A DNA stretch of 64,000 bases from an uncultured Candidatus Saccharibacteria bacterium (GCA_964615415.1 CAZTNI010000002.1:4873-68872), one strand, 5' to 3'. Positions 1 through 10,221 are shown, counted from the first letter of the stretch. Translations and numbers: made by a program. Notes: generated from the letters alone by a model not told the origin.

Positions 1-2
1 TT

Positions 3-1892
3 GGAGATACGCTACTGTCGGCACTTTCGTGGGGCGACAAGTCAATTAACATGATAGGCAAGTGGAACGATCTTGGTATTGCAGTGGCGCTGCTGCTACT
101 CATCACTATTCTGCGTCTTGAGTTTTCGTCGTTGGTCCGTATGCGAGTGCTTGGTTTAGGAACACTTGTGGCCGCACTCTGTGTACTGCTTAGTTTTATT
201 AATTTCTCGTTTGTGTGGGGGTTGCTCTTTGTGGTGCTGGTGGTGGTGATCGTATTTAAACTGCTGCATGCTCCTATTGCACCTTCTGAGGAGCGACAGC
301 TTAATTGGCGTCAGCATATGCCATGGGTAAGTTTCGCTGCAGCGGCACTATTGGTGGGAGGATTGTTTTTCGGCACAACTGTTAACGCGTTCCTTACCCA
401 ATATTTCCCGGTAAGCGCAGTCGAAGTCCGTCCCTCGTTCTCTTCTACTCGTGCAGTAATAGACGCAGCTCGAGGTGACTCGGTCACAACACTGCTCCTT
501 GGCACTGGACCAACAACGTTTAACGAATCGTGGCTCATGCACAGGTCTGCTGATGTGAACCGTTCGCTCTTCTGGAATCTCGACTTTGTAGTTGGATTTT
601 CGACGGTTGTTACAGCTGTAGGGACGGTGGGTCTCGTAGGCGCACTTGCGTGGCTTGTAGCTCCACTGTTGGTGGCTGTCGCCTTTTTGCGCGCACTACG
701 TACCCAGTTGTTTCGTTCTCGAGAACGCACTATGGCACTTACCTTTAGCTTAGGGAGCCTCTTTCTCGCGTTTTCGTATATCTTCTATATTCCAAGCCAG
801 AATCTTGTGCTGCTTGCCTTTGGTACGATGGGTGTGGCCTTTGGGTTCCTTTGGCGTTCTGCGCAAAAAGAGCGAGATGTTGAAGAGGTTGATTCTACTC
901 GTATAGCTACTTTGGGTCGTGCACTTGTTGCGCTTCTTGTTGTTGTGGTGGTATTTGCGAGCGCGACACTTACGATTCGTCGTGCGCTTGCAGATGTCTT
1001 TGTGTTACAAGGACAGAGTGCTCTCGTAGCAGGGCAAACAGATGCTGCGCTATTTCAGGCAACTCGTGCTGCATGGTTTGAATCTACAGACAATGTACAC
1101 CTTCTCTCGCTCGCAGCAGGGTTTGTACAGTTACAACAAATTGCAAACGACTCTTCAGTACCTACGGCTACGGCACAAGAACGTTTTTCTACAACCCTCA
1201 CTGCTACGATTGCTACAGGAGAACAAGCAATGGTGCACATGAAGGAAGACTACCGGCCGTATGTGCTCATGGGGAACATCTACAGTTTCTTGGCGTCGCT
1301 TAAGGTCCAGGGTGCCTATGAAAATGCTCGCGCTGCGTATGAAACTGCTGCTCTGTATAATCCAAAAAATCCAGAAATCCCGCTTGCACTCGCGCGTCTT
1401 GAGGCAGCACAAGGCACTGAGGCTCGTGCTGAAGCTGCCGTAACAACCGCACTTACGTTGAAACCTGACTACACGGATGCAATTCTATTTGTTGCGCAGC
1501 TTGCAGCTGCAAAGAATGATATTCAAGGTGCGATCCGTGCGGCAGAGGTTGCGGTACAAACAGCTCCTGGTGTTTCTTCAATTTGGTTCCAGCTTGGGCT
1601 CTTGTATTACACTAACAACGCTATGGATAATGCGATTGTTGCCCTTGAACGAGCGATCCAACTCACCCCTGAATACGCAAATGCAAAATACTTCCTCGGT
1701 CTTGCGTACTACAAGCAAAATCGCGCACAAGACGCTATCCGCTTGTTTGAACAACTTCAGCGAGAAAATCCTGATAACACTGAAGTTTCTCTTATCTTGA
1801 GTAATATGCGCTTCGGTAAGCAGCCGCTCGATGGAGTACAGCCTCCAGCAACGAATCCTGAGGACCGAAGCACGGCGCCTATCTCCGAATAA
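3..1892 (+). CDS. Multi-pass membrane protein with C-terminal TPR repeats (O-antigen-ligase-like/TPR architecture); 5'-partial
   Basis: Frame is open back to the window edge. Many TM segments, GTGPTTF motif, then TPR repeats (e.g. AKYFLGLAYYKQNRAQDA). Confidence 0.7.
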   Translation, partial: GDTLLSALSWGDKSINMIGKWNDLGIAVALLLLITILRLEFSSLVRMRVLGLGTLVAALCVLLSFINFSFVWGLLFVVLVVVIVFKLLHAPIAPSEERQLNWRQHMPWVSFAAAALLVGGLFFGTTVNAFLTQYFPVSAVEVRPSFSSTRAVIDAARGDSVTTLLLGTGPTTFNESWLMHRSADVNRSLFWNLDFVVGFSTVVTAVGTVGLVGALAWLVAPLLVAVAFLRALRTQLFRSRERTMALTFSLGSLFLAFSYIFYIPSQNLVLLAFGTMGVAFGFLWRSAQKERDVEEVDSTRIATLGRALVALLVVVVVFASATLTIRRALADVFVLQGQSALVAGQTDAALFQATRAAWFESTDNVHLLSLAAGFVQLQQIANDSSVPTATAQERFSTTLTATIATGEQAMVHMKEDYRPYVLMGNIYSFLASLKVQGAYENARAAYETAALYNPKNPEIPLALARLEAAQGTEARAEAAVTTALTLKPDYTDAILFVAQLAAAKNDIQGAIRAAEVAVQTAPGVSSIWFQLGLLYYTNNAMDNAIVALERAIQLTPEYANAKYFLGLAYYKQNRAQDAIRLFEQLQRENPDNTEVSLILSNMRFGKQPLDGVQPPATNPEDRSTAPISE

Positions 1893-1897
1893 CGACG

Positions 1898-3586
1898 ATG
1901 GTCCGCTTGCTTTTGTTGGCTGTTGGCAGAGAGGTCCGCGGCATGCACCAGGCCGCGTATGTGCTGGCAGGTTTTGCGTTCGGCTCGCAACTTCTGGCAC
2001 TGGTGCGTGACCGGTTGCTTGCGGGAACGTTCGGTGCTGGTTCGACACTCGACATCTATTACGCTGCGTTTCGTGTGCCGGACCTGTTGTTTGCAACCGT
2101 TGCGTCGCTTTTGTCGCTCTACGCACTGCTTCCGGTGCTCTCAAAATTTGAGACCGAAAGCAATGGGCTTGTAGCATCTTTTTTGCGACAAACACTCCTT
2201 GTCTTTTTTGTCGCAATGGGTGCCATTGCTGCGTGTGTTGCAGTGGTGGCACCGCAGTTGGTTGACCTTACTGCGCCAGGCTTAGCTGCAGACCCAGCAG
2301 CGCGGGATCAATTAATACTCTTGGTGCGCATTTTGCTGCTTCAGCCGATATTTTTAGGAGCGTCTAATATTGTTGCAGCGCTTACGCAACTTCGGCATCG
2401 TTTTTTTCTGTACTCTATTTCGCCACTTCTCTACAACATTGGCATCATTATCGGCATCGTCTGGTTGTATCCGGAGTTCGGTGTGACAGGGCTTGGATGG
2501 GGAGTAGTGTTAGGAGCGTGTTTACACCTGTTGGTGCAGCTACCCTTCTTTTTTACAGAGAAGTCTGCGGGGCATATTCCTCAGACTACGCTGTGGCGAT
2601 CTCTCGGTAAGGTGTTGGTACTCTCGGTGCCGCGCACTATCGCACTTGGTGCAGGACAAATTTCACTCCTTACGCTTATCGCTATGGCGTCCTTTTTTGC
2701 ACCGGGCTCTATTTCTGTATTTATGTTTGCGTTTAATTTGCAAGCGGTACCTCTTACTATTATTGGTGTTTCTTACTCTGTTGCTGCGTTTCCTACACTG
2801 GCGCGATTCCACGCAGAAGGGAACACTCAACAGTTTGTTGCTCATATTGAAACCGCACTACGCCACATTTTGTTTTGGTCTATTCCTGCAACGGTATTGA
2901 CGATCGTGTTGCGCGCGCAAATTGTGCGTATTGTCCTTGGTTCAGGCGCGTTCGACTGGAGCGCCACCCGTCTGACTGCGGCAGCACTCGCGTTTTTTGT
3001 TATTTCTCTTGCTGCGCAAAGCATCTCGCTCCTTATTGCGCGTGCGTACTATGCAGCGGGGCGTACTGCGACGCCGCTTGTGCTAGGTGCGCTGTCGGTG
3101 TTTGTCTCGATCGTCAGCGCGGTTATGTTAGTGAGTATCTTCCACAGCTCGGCACTCACACGCCACTTCCTTGAGGCACTCTTCCGTGTGGACGATATGC
3201 CAGGCACTACGGTGATCATGCTCGCGCTTGCGCTAACACTGGGAGCATTACTCCAAGCAGGAGTGGGGCTGTGGTGGTTTGTACGCGACTTTTCAGTGTC
3301 TTTGCGGGGCCTGGGCAGGCTCTGTTTCCAGAGTTTTGGGGCTTCAGTTGTTGGAGGTGCGTGTGCCTACATAGCGCTTACGGGCATGGGCGCACTCGTT
3401 GACATCAATACTGTGATAGGTATTGTGGCACAGGGCGCAGTCGGTACTGTGGTGGGGGTAGCAGGTACTCTCGTTATTCTGTACACTCTTGCTAATCAAG
3501 AGCTTTCAGAGGCTGTAGCGGCCCTTAAACGCCGCTTTAAGGACTCTCCGAAGGTTGTTTTGGAGCCGACAGACGTCTCTTCCTAA
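1898..3586 (+). CDS. murJ: Lipid II flippase MurJ/MviN
   Basis: RDRLLAGTFGAG, DIYYAAFRVPD and SVAAFPTLAR motifs; about 14 TM segments. Confidence 0.9.
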   Translation: MVRLLLLAVGREVRGMHQAAYVLAGFAFGSQLLALVRDRLLAGTFGAGSTLDIYYAAFRVPDLLFATVASLLSLYALLPVLSKFETESNGLVASFLRQTLLVFFVAMGAIAACVAVVAPQLVDLTAPGLAADPAARDQLILLVRILLLQPIFLGASNIVAALTQLRHRFFLYSISPLLYNIGIIIGIVWLYPEFGVTGLGWGVVLGACLHLLVQLPFFFTEKSAGHIPQTTLWRSLGKVLVLSVPRTIALGAGQISLLTLIAMASFFAPGSISVFMFAFNLQAVPLTIIGVSYSVAAFPTLARFHAEGNTQQFVAHIETALRHILFWSIPATVLTIVLRAQIVRIVLGSGAFDWSATRLTAAALAFFVISLAAQSISLLIARAYYAAGRTATPLVLGALSVFVSIVSAVMLVSIFHSSALTRHFLEALFRVDDMPGTTVIMLALALTLGALLQAGVGLWWFVRDFSVSLRGLGRLCFQSFGASVVGGACAYIALTGMGALVDINTVIGIVAQGAVGTVVGVAGTLVILYTLANQELSEAVAALKRRFKDSPKVVLEPTDVSS

Positions 3587-3589
3587 CCC

Positions 3590-5380
3590 ATGCAACACAT
3601 CCGCAATTTTTCTATCATTGCCCATATTGACCACGGCAAGTCGACCCTTGCTGATCGTTTTTTGGAGTTAACCGGCACTATCGAGAAGCGCAAAATGCGC
3701 GAACAGGTGCTCGACTCCATGGAACTTGAACGTGAGCGCGGCATTACCATTAAGATGCAGCCAGTGCGTATGCAGTGGAAGGCAGAGGATGGGAAGGAGT
3801 ACATCATTAACCTGATAGATACCCCGGGCCATATCGACTTCTCTTACGAAGTATCTCGCGCGCTTACCGCAGTAGAGGGCGCTATTTTGCTTGTGGATGC
3901 GACACAGGGAGTGCAGGCACAAACGCTGACGACGCTGCGCACTGCGCGCGATTTAGGACTCGTTATCATTCCCGCCCTTTCTAAAATTGACTCTCCGCTT
4001 GCAGAGGTTGAAAAAGTAAAAGAGCAGGTGTCCCAGCTTCTTGATGTACCTGCAGGTTCTATTTTGAGTTGCTCAGGCAGAACAGGGGAAGGCGTAGAGG
4101 AATTGCTTAAGGCCGTTATAGAGCAAGTGCCGCCTCCAAAAGCAGAAGTAGAAACCACCGCGCCGAAAGCGCTCGTGTTCGACTTTCAATATTCCGACCA
4201 TCAGGGCGTTATTGTGTACCTGCGCATGTTCGAAGGACAAATTACAAAAGGTGACACGTTAGAATTTGCTGCTAGTGGACGCAAATTCCAAGCACTTGAA
4301 GTGGGAACGTTCTCGCCACAACCAAAACCACAAGAAAAGTTAGGTACGGGAACCATTGGCTACGTAGTGACGGGCATTAAAGAACCGGGCGTATCGCGCG
4401 TGGGCGACACTATTCGCTCAAAAGTGGGGAAGACAACGCCGCTTTCCGGCTATGCAGAACCAAAGCCGGTGGTGTGGGCCAGTGTTTACCCAGAAAGTCA
4501 GGATGATTTCCCCCTCCTGCGGCAGTCTCTTTCCCGATTGCAGCTTTCGGACTCGTCATTGTCGTTTGATGAAGAATCTTCGGGCGTGCTTGGTCGCGGC
4601 TTTCGCTGCGGTCTGCTCGGTATGCTCCACTTGGAAATTGTGACCGAACGGTTGCGTCGCGAATTTAACCTCACGCTTATTGTTACAACGCCGTCGATTA
4701 CGTATGAAGTAGAGACAGGGAAAGGAAAACGCGTAACGGTATATACGCCGTCGATGTTCCCGCCGTATGGGGAAATAGAACGAGTGTGGGAACCGTATAC
4801 CAACATAGAAATTATTCTCCCTGCGCACTATTTAGGTGCTATTACGCCGCTTTTGTTTGATCATGAAGGAGTGGTTGACTCTACGGCAAACTTTTCCGAA
4901 GGACGATTGATGCTTAAGGTAACAATGCCTCTGCGTGAACTGATGCGCAACTTTTTTGATAAAATCAAAAGTCTTTCAGCAGGATATGCGTCTATTTCGT
5001 ATGAAATCCGCGAGTTACGCGAGGCGGACGTTGCACGGCTCGATATTGTGGTTGCAGAAGAGATCGTCCCTGCGTTTACTCGTATTGTTGCAAAGCGTCG
5101 AGTTGAAACAGAGGCGATAGCTGCGGTAGAAAAACTCTACGGTATTTTGCCGCGACAGATGTTCGCTACGAAAATTCAAGGTCAGGCACTGGGGCGCATC
5201 GTCTCTTCTCGCACGTTGCCTGCGATGAGTAAAAACGTGACGCAGCACATGTACGGCGGCGACAGAACTCGCAAAATGAAGCTCTGGGAGAAGCAAAAGC
5301 GAGGTAAAGCCCGCATGAAAGAAAGCGGGAAGGTAAATATCCCGGAAGAGGTCTTCCTGAAGATGGTTAAAAACGACTAA
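3590..5380 (+). CDS. lepA: Elongation factor 4 (LepA)
   Basis: IRNFSIIAHIDHGKSTLADR, LERERGITIK, GFRCGLLGMLHLEI, YGGDRTRKMKLWEKQK. Confidence 0.98.
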   Translation: MQHIRNFSIIAHIDHGKSTLADRFLELTGTIEKRKMREQVLDSMELERERGITIKMQPVRMQWKAEDGKEYIINLIDTPGHIDFSYEVSRALTAVEGAILLVDATQGVQAQTLTTLRTARDLGLVIIPALSKIDSPLAEVEKVKEQVSQLLDVPAGSILSCSGRTGEGVEELLKAVIEQVPPPKAEVETTAPKALVFDFQYSDHQGVIVYLRMFEGQITKGDTLEFAASGRKFQALEVGTFSPQPKPQEKLGTGTIGYVVTGIKEPGVSRVGDTIRSKVGKTTPLSGYAEPKPVVWASVYPESQDDFPLLRQSLSRLQLSDSSLSFDEESSGVLGRGFRCGLLGMLHLEIVTERLRREFNLTLIVTTPSITYEVETGKGKRVTVYTPSMFPPYGEIERVWEPYTNIEIILPAHYLGAITPLLFDHEGVVDSTANFSEGRLMLKVTMPLRELMRNFFDKIKSLSAGYASISYEIRELREADVARLDIVVAEEIVPAFTRIVAKRRVETEAIAAVEKLYGILPRQMFATKIQGQALGRIVSSRTLPAMSKNVTQHMYGGDRTRKMKLWEKQKRGKARMKESGKVNIPEEVFLKMVKND

Positions 5381-5386
5381 CCAGTC

Positions 5387-5500
5387 TTATATAAGAAGAG
5401 AGAAATATGAGAGGACCATCGAGGCGATGATCGCTACACCAAGTATCCACGCCAAAATGCGGGTGACTCTCTCTCGATTCTTTCCAAACATGCCAAACAT
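5387..5500 (-). CDS. Small single-pass membrane protein, 37 aa (MFGMFGKNRERVTRILAWILGVAIIASMVLSYFSLLI); alternative start 5491
   Basis: Translated by hand; not in the ORF track. Basic N-terminus plus TM helix; fills the lepA-ftsB gap; TAGTAT -10 box 6 nt upstream. Confidence 0.6.
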   Translation of the reverse strand: MFGMFGKNRERVTRILAWILGVAIIASMVLSYFSLLI

Positions 5501-5518
5501 AAGGGTATACTACCATGT

Positions 5519-5911
5519 ATGCTCGATTACAAAAAGAACCCCCGGGCTCATGTGGTGCCGAAGTTCCTCCTCCATTGCACAATAAGCCTCTTACTGCTTG
5601 TTGTGGCAGTATTGGTAGTCCGAGCTGCTTGGCACATGTACGGCAAATTTGCGACAGCGTCTGCTGCAGCGGAAGCCGCAAAAACAGAACTCTCTCATAT
5701 GGAGGAGCAAAAAGCGAGTGTGAGCGAAGCTATAGCTGAACTGTCTTCAGAGCGAGGAGTGGAGGCAAGTGCGCGGGAAAAATTTGGTGTTGCAAAGCCG
5801 GGCGAAGGGGAAATACGCATCATCCGAGACAAGGAAGGCGTAGGAACGCTGCCTTCTCAAGATGATCAAAACATATTGAGTCGCATTTTTAATGCGCTGT
5901 TTGTGTGGTAA
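5519..5911 (+). CDS. Septum formation initiator family protein (FtsB/DivIC-like)
   Basis: TM helix, coiled coil, then VEASAREKFGVAKPGE motif. Confidence 0.75.
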   Translation: MLDYKKNPRAHVVPKFLLHCTISLLLLVVAVLVVRAAWHMYGKFATASAAAEAAKTELSHMEEQKASVSEAIAELSSERGVEASAREKFGVAKPGEGEIRIIRDKEGVGTLPSQDDQNILSRIFNALFVW

Positions 5912-5916
5912 AAATG

Positions 5917-5987
5917 TGCGGGATGCGAGAATCGAACTCGCGCCTACTGCTTGGGAAGCAGTCGTCCTACCACTAAACTAATCCCGC
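5917..5987 (-). tRNA. tRNA-Gly(CCC)
   Basis: GCGGGAT/ATCCCGC acceptor stem; ACTGC-TT-CCC-AA-GCAGT anticodon arm; GTTCGATTC. Confidence 0.95.
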
Positions 5988-6037
5988 AGGCTTGACAGCC
6001 ATGGTATACTGAAAAGTAAGTAATAACAATAATTCCT

Positions 6038-6280
6038 ATGGACAAACACGTTACTATCTACACCACCCCGACTTGCCACTTTTGCCAAATGGCAAAGGAG
6101 TTTTTTGCTGAAAAAAATATTCAATACACTGCGTACGATGTAGCAGCAGACGCGCAAAAGCGTACAGAAATGATCCAAATGACGGGACAGCTCGGCGTAC
6201 CGGTTATCGTTATCAATGACGACATTATGGTCGGGTTTGACCGCTCGCGTATTGCACAAAAGCTCGGGGTAGAGGCATAA
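6038..6280 (+). CDS. Glutaredoxin family protein (NrdH/YruB-like)
   Basis: TPTCHFC CxxC motif; GQLGVPVI; GFD. Confidence 0.9.
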   Translation: MDKHVTIYTTPTCHFCQMAKEFFAEKNIQYTAYDVAADAQKRTEMIQMTGQLGVPVIVINDDIMVGFDRSRIAQKLGVEA

Positions 6281-6291
6281 TCGCTGTTACA

Positions 6292-6363
6292 GCCTTCGTA
6301 GCTCAATGGATAGAGCAATCCCGTCCTAAGGGAAAGATGTAGGTCCGATTCCTGCCGAGGGCA
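6292..6363 (+). tRNA. tRNA-Arg(CCT)
   Basis: GCCTTCG/CGAGGGC acceptor stem; TCCC-GT-CCT-AA-GGGA anticodon arm; variant T-loop GGTCCGATTCC. Confidence 0.88.
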
Positions 6364-6404
6364 TGATATGTGCTAAAAAGCGTTTTTGTGCTATAGTTTT
6401 TGGC

Positions 6405-6656
6405 GTGGAGTCGGAGCGTCAGCAGATAGAAGAACTCAAACAATTGGTGCGTCGGAACATTGAAGTAAGCACTGAAACGAGCAAGCTGGTACACAGCATG
6501 CAACGCCAGGCTCGTTGGAGTTCTATCTTTCGTATAATCCGCATAGTAGTGCTTATAGCGCTTGCCGGAGGTGTGTACCTCTACTTGCAGCCCTATGTCG
6601 AACAAATACGTGATGCGTACGACCAGGTGCGGGGTTTTATTCCAGGAGGAAATTAA
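6405..6656 (+). CDS. Small membrane protein (coiled coil plus one TM helix)
   Basis: GTG start just after a TATAGT -10 box; TM segment IVVLIALAGGVYLYL. Confidence 0.7.
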   Translation: MESERQQIEELKQLVRRNIEVSTETSKLVHSMQRQARWSSIFRIIRIVVLIALAGGVYLYLQPYVEQIRDAYDQVRGFIPGGN

Positions 6657-6662
6657 TAATAT

Positions 6663-6738
6663 GCCGAGGTAGCTCAGTTGGTAGAGCATTTCCCTGAAGA
6701 GGAAGGGGTCGCCGGTTCGAGCCCGGCCCTCGGCACCA
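6663..6738 (+). tRNA. tRNA-Phe(GAA)
   Basis: Canonical cloverleaf, CT-GAA-GA loop, encoded CCA. Confidence 0.96.
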
Positions 6739-6754
6739 AGGTTTTAAAATTTAT

Positions 6755-7264
6755 TTAGTTAGAGCGGACTTTAAGTTTTGCTTGGCGGCCTTTGTCCATT
6801 TTTGGAAGGCGGATGACGAGGAGTCCGTGTTTTTCCACTGCCTCAGCATCTTCAATATCTACTTCGACAGGAAGGACGATCGTGCGTGAAAAAGTACCCC
6901 AATAAAGTTCTTGGAAGAAAAAGTCACCAGCCGTGCCTTCAGTGTGTTGCTCGCGTTTGCCGCGGATAGTAACCATGTCGCGCGTAATGGATACATCAAG
7001 ATCTTCAGGACGGACGCCTGCGATCATGGCTTTAATAACAATATGAGTCGGCGTTTGGTATACATCAACAGAAAGCTCGCCTTCAACCTCTTCCTCAACT
7101 TCTGGAGCAGGGGCAGCTGCTAGAGGCTGTGCCGCACGTTTTTCTGATTTACGGGTAGGGACAGCAAAGCCAGAGCCGCTTTCAAGATCATCAAAAGAAA
7201 AGTCGTTGTCTGTTCCCGAGCTTCCAGTCAGCCATGTAAAGAGAGATTTCTTTTCCCGTGCCAT
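6755..7264 (-). CDS. Hsp20/alpha-crystallin small heat-shock protein
   Basis: VDVYQT, ELYWGTFSRTIVLP, GLLVIRLPK. Confidence 0.93.
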   Translation of the reverse strand: MAREKKSLFTWLTGSSGTDNDFSFDDLESGSGFAVPTRKSEKRAAQPLAAAPAPEVEEEVEGELSVDVYQTPTHIVIKAMIAGVRPEDLDVSITRDMVTIRGKREQHTEGTAGDFFFQELYWGTFSRTIVLPVEVDIEDAEAVEKHGLLVIRLPKMDKGRQAKLKVRSN

Positions 7265-7270
7265 AAATAA

Positions 7271-7960
7271 TTAACAATAGTCCTTACTAGGATTTTTAAC
7301 GCGCTCTACTAAAAGTAAAATAGCGACGATGCCGAACCAGATACACAGGAATACCCAGAATGTTGCTCCACCGTCTCCTTTTAGTATAAAAAAGTTAAAC
7401 AATGTGTGCAATACAATTGCAAGGATAAGTCCTACTCCTGCAGCGAAGATGCGTACGCGAGCAGGCTTGTAGAACGAGAGTGCAAGCGCAACACCGACCG
7501 TTGCTGAGGCGAGCGTGTGGAGCAGTGTTGCGCCTATAAAGCGCAAGTCTCCCGTAACAATGGTGCGCAACATGTCTCCAGTTCCAAGCGGGCCCATAAG
7601 AAAAAGCGCATTCTCAAGCGCAGAAAATCCTAAGGCCGCGGTGACCATGTACACAACTGCATCAAGCGGCTCGTCAAACGCTCGCGAGCGGAGCGCGACA
7701 ACGTACGCCGCTAAGAACTTGAAAACTTCCTCAATACCTGCCCATGCAAGAAGGAGGAAAAAACCAGAATAGTATTCTGCCGCTAAGCGCTCAAGCTGGA
7801 GCACAAAGGGCAGTACTACCACCATACCGGCTATAAATGAAAAGAATATGTAGCGCTTCGGCTCGGGCTGACAGCGGTCTTCAAGGAGCCAGAACGCAAG
7901 CCACAGAAGGGCAGGTAGAAATCCTCCCAAAAAGGCAAGTAAAAGAACCGTAGACTCCAT
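7271..7960 (-). CDS. PrsW family intramembrane glutamic protease
   Basis: EEVFK, GFSALEN, LLH and LHTLFN motifs. Confidence 0.9.
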   Translation of the reverse strand: MESTVLLLAFLGGFLPALLWLAFWLLEDRCQPEPKRYIFFSFIAGMVVVLPFVLQLERLAAEYYSGFFLLLAWAGIEEVFKFLAAYVVALRSRAFDEPLDAVVYMVTAALGFSALENALFLMGPLGTGDMLRTIVTGDLRFIGATLLHTLASATVGVALALSFYKPARVRIFAAGVGLILAIVLHTLFNFFILKGDGGATFWVFLCIWFGIVAILLLVERVKNPSKDYC

Positions 7961-7995
7961 ACAGCTCTAGTATAAACCAGGTTTTTTGAGTGAAT

Positions 7996-10170
7996 CTACG
8001 CTGGCCACTGTTCGACCATAAGAAGGTCTTTCTTTCCTGGCATACTATCCCAAATTTCTTCTGTTACGAATGGCATAAATGGGTGGAGGAGTTTAAGCGA
8101 GTCAGAAAGTATGGCAATAAGCAGTCGTTTGCGCGAAGCAACTTCTTCCGCAGTGCCTGTTTTAAATATCTCCTTACTTTCTTCAAGAAGGTTTGCGGCA
8201 AAAATATCCCATACGTAGTGGTAGAGTTTTTCTGCGGCCATGTAGATGCGATATTCTTCCATGTCTTTGGTTGCATCTTGTGTAACTGCGTCGAATTGCG
8301 TCCAATACTCCTGATCTTTTGCTGTGTATGTAGTAGTACTATCTGCATCAGAAGCGTTTTCGAGGGTAAAACGAGTGATGTTCCAGAGTTTGTTAGAGAA
8401 AAGTTTATACCCGTTTATCTTTTGTTCATCAAATTTAACATCACTGCCGATAGCAGAGCCGACCATAAGTCCCATGCGCAGTGCGTCCGCGCCATATTTG
8501 TTGATGATATCGAGTGGGTCGACACCATTATTGAGTGACTTGCTAAACTTTCGTCCATCTTTTGCACGCACCAGACCGTGGATCAAGACTTTTTTAAACG
8601 GTACTTGCCCGAGGTGGAACCCGCTCATAAGTATCATGCGTGACACCCAAAGCGGCAGAATCTCGTACGCCGGCGACATGAACGACGTTGGATGGAACAC
8701 TTCAAGGTCTTTTGTTTTTTCTGGCCAGCCGAGGGTAGAAAATGTCCAGAGTGCGGAAGAAAACCAGGTGTCGAGTACGTCCTCGTCTTGATTCCAGCCA
8801 TCGCCCTTAGGTGCAGTAACTCCGCAATATACTTCTTTCCCCTTGTACCACACCGGAATACGGTGTCCGAACCAAATCTGGCGGCTGATGCACCAGTCGT
8901 GCAAGTTTTCTATCCAATGGAAATAGGTTTTACGAAAGCCTTCCTGTGGCATATCAACAGCGCCGCTTTCTACGGCCGCTTTCATCATCTGTGTCAGTGT
9001 GACGGTGCTGCCGCTTTTGATGCCGGGGATTTCGGAGTGGGGGATGGTAAATGGTTTATTAACGGCCACAAACCACTGTTCCATAATCTGCGGTTCAATA
9101 GTTGCTCCTGTGCGCTCTGAGGTTGCTATGTTGTGTACGTAATTGTCTTCAATTTTTACGACAAGACCTTTTTGTTGTAATTTTTCTACAATCTTCTCGC
9201 GAGCCTCGCTGATTTTCATGCCTGCAAACTCTCCAGCAATAGGAAGGAGCTTGCCGTATTTGTCGATAATCTGTTCTTTGTCGAGTTTATATTTTTCGGC
9301 CAACTCAAAGTCCACCATAGAGTGCCATGGGGTAATGGTCATGGCGCCCGTGCCTACTTCGGGGTCGCTCGCAGCGTCTTTAATAACAGTTGCAGTTATC
9401 GGGCCGTTGATCCACTCAAGGTCAATGGTTTGACCATGCGTAAATTCTTTGTAGCGAGGGTCGTCAGGGTGCACAACAATATATTTGTCACCAAACTTTG
9501 TTTCAGGACGGGCAGTGCCTATGGTGAACGGACCGTATTTGAAGTAATAAAACTTTGATTTCTCTTCTACGTATACAACTTCATCGTCAGAAATGGTGGT
9601 CTGCCCCTTTGGGTCCCAGTTAACGATGCGGTGGCCTTTGTAAATAAGCCCCGCGTCATACATATTTTTAAACGCGGTAAACACAGCTTTGTTGCGCGTT
9701 TCGTCCATCGTGTACGCGTAGCGTGACCAGTCGAGAGAAGCGCCCATACGACGCACTTGGGAGAGGATGGTGCTCTCGCTATTTTTAGCAAACTCATGGA
9801 CGCGGCGTACAAGTTCGTCGCGGCCAAGATCGTGACGACTCTTCCCTTCGTCTTTTTGAATATTTTTTTCTACACGGGCCTGGGTAGCAATTGCAGCAGA
9901 GTCTGTGCCAGGTATCCAAAGCGCTTTTTTGCCGCGCATGCGATGGAAGCGTATAACAATGTCTTGCAAGGTGTCTTCATATGCGTGACCCACATGCAAC
10001 GTGCCGGTGACGTTCGGCGGGGGAAGGACGACAGTAAATGGCTCGGTACGTTCACCAGGCAGGTTGTCTGGGTTAAAGTAGCCGCTTTGCTCCCATTTTT
10101 TATAGATTTCGCCCTCCACCTCTTGTGGGTTGTAGGGTTTTAAAAACTTCTCGGGCACCTGTTCACTCAT
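7996..10170 (-). CDS. valS: Valine--tRNA ligase (lacks the C-terminal coiled-coil arm)
   Basis: PPPNVTGTLHVGH, DWCISRQIWFGHRIP, DVLDTWFSS, KFSKS. Confidence 0.97.
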   Translation of the reverse strand: MSEQVPEKFLKPYNPQEVEGEIYKKWEQSGYFNPDNLPGERTEPFTVVLPPPNVTGTLHVGHAYEDTLQDIVIRFHRMRGKKALWIPGTDSAAIATQARVEKNIQKDEGKSRHDLGRDELVRRVHEFAKNSESTILSQVRRMGASLDWSRYAYTMDETRNKAVFTAFKNMYDAGLIYKGHRIVNWDPKGQTTISDDEVVYVEEKSKFYYFKYGPFTIGTARPETKFGDKYIVVHPDDPRYKEFTHGQTIDLEWINGPITATVIKDAASDPEVGTGAMTITPWHSMVDFELAEKYKLDKEQIIDKYGKLLPIAGEFAGMKISEAREKIVEKLQQKGLVVKIEDNYVHNIATSERTGATIEPQIMEQWFVAVNKPFTIPHSEIPGIKSGSTVTLTQMMKAAVESGAVDMPQEGFRKTYFHWIENLHDWCISRQIWFGHRIPVWYKGKEVYCGVTAPKGDGWNQDEDVLDTWFSSALWTFSTLGWPEKTKDLEVFHPTSFMSPAYEILPLWVSRMILMSGFHLGQVPFKKVLIHGLVRAKDGRKFSKSLNNGVDPLDIINKYGADALRMGLMVGSAIGSDVKFDEQKINGYKLFSNKLWNITRFTLENASDADSTTTYTAKDQEYWTQFDAVTQDATKDMEEYRIYMAAEKLYHYVWDIFAANLLEESKEIFKTGTAEEVASRKRLLIAILSDSLKLLHPFMPFVTEEIWDSMPGKKDLLMVEQWPA

Positions 10171-10221
10171 GTTGCAAATACTACGCCAAATAAGGCTTTT
10201 TTAGAAGGGTCAAGCAGACCC

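Noticed and set aside
6292-6363. tRNA-Arg(CCT) as a pseudogene (TCC T-loop, G32, one stem mismatch)
   Set aside because: Acceptor, D and T stems are intact; the deviations are minor.
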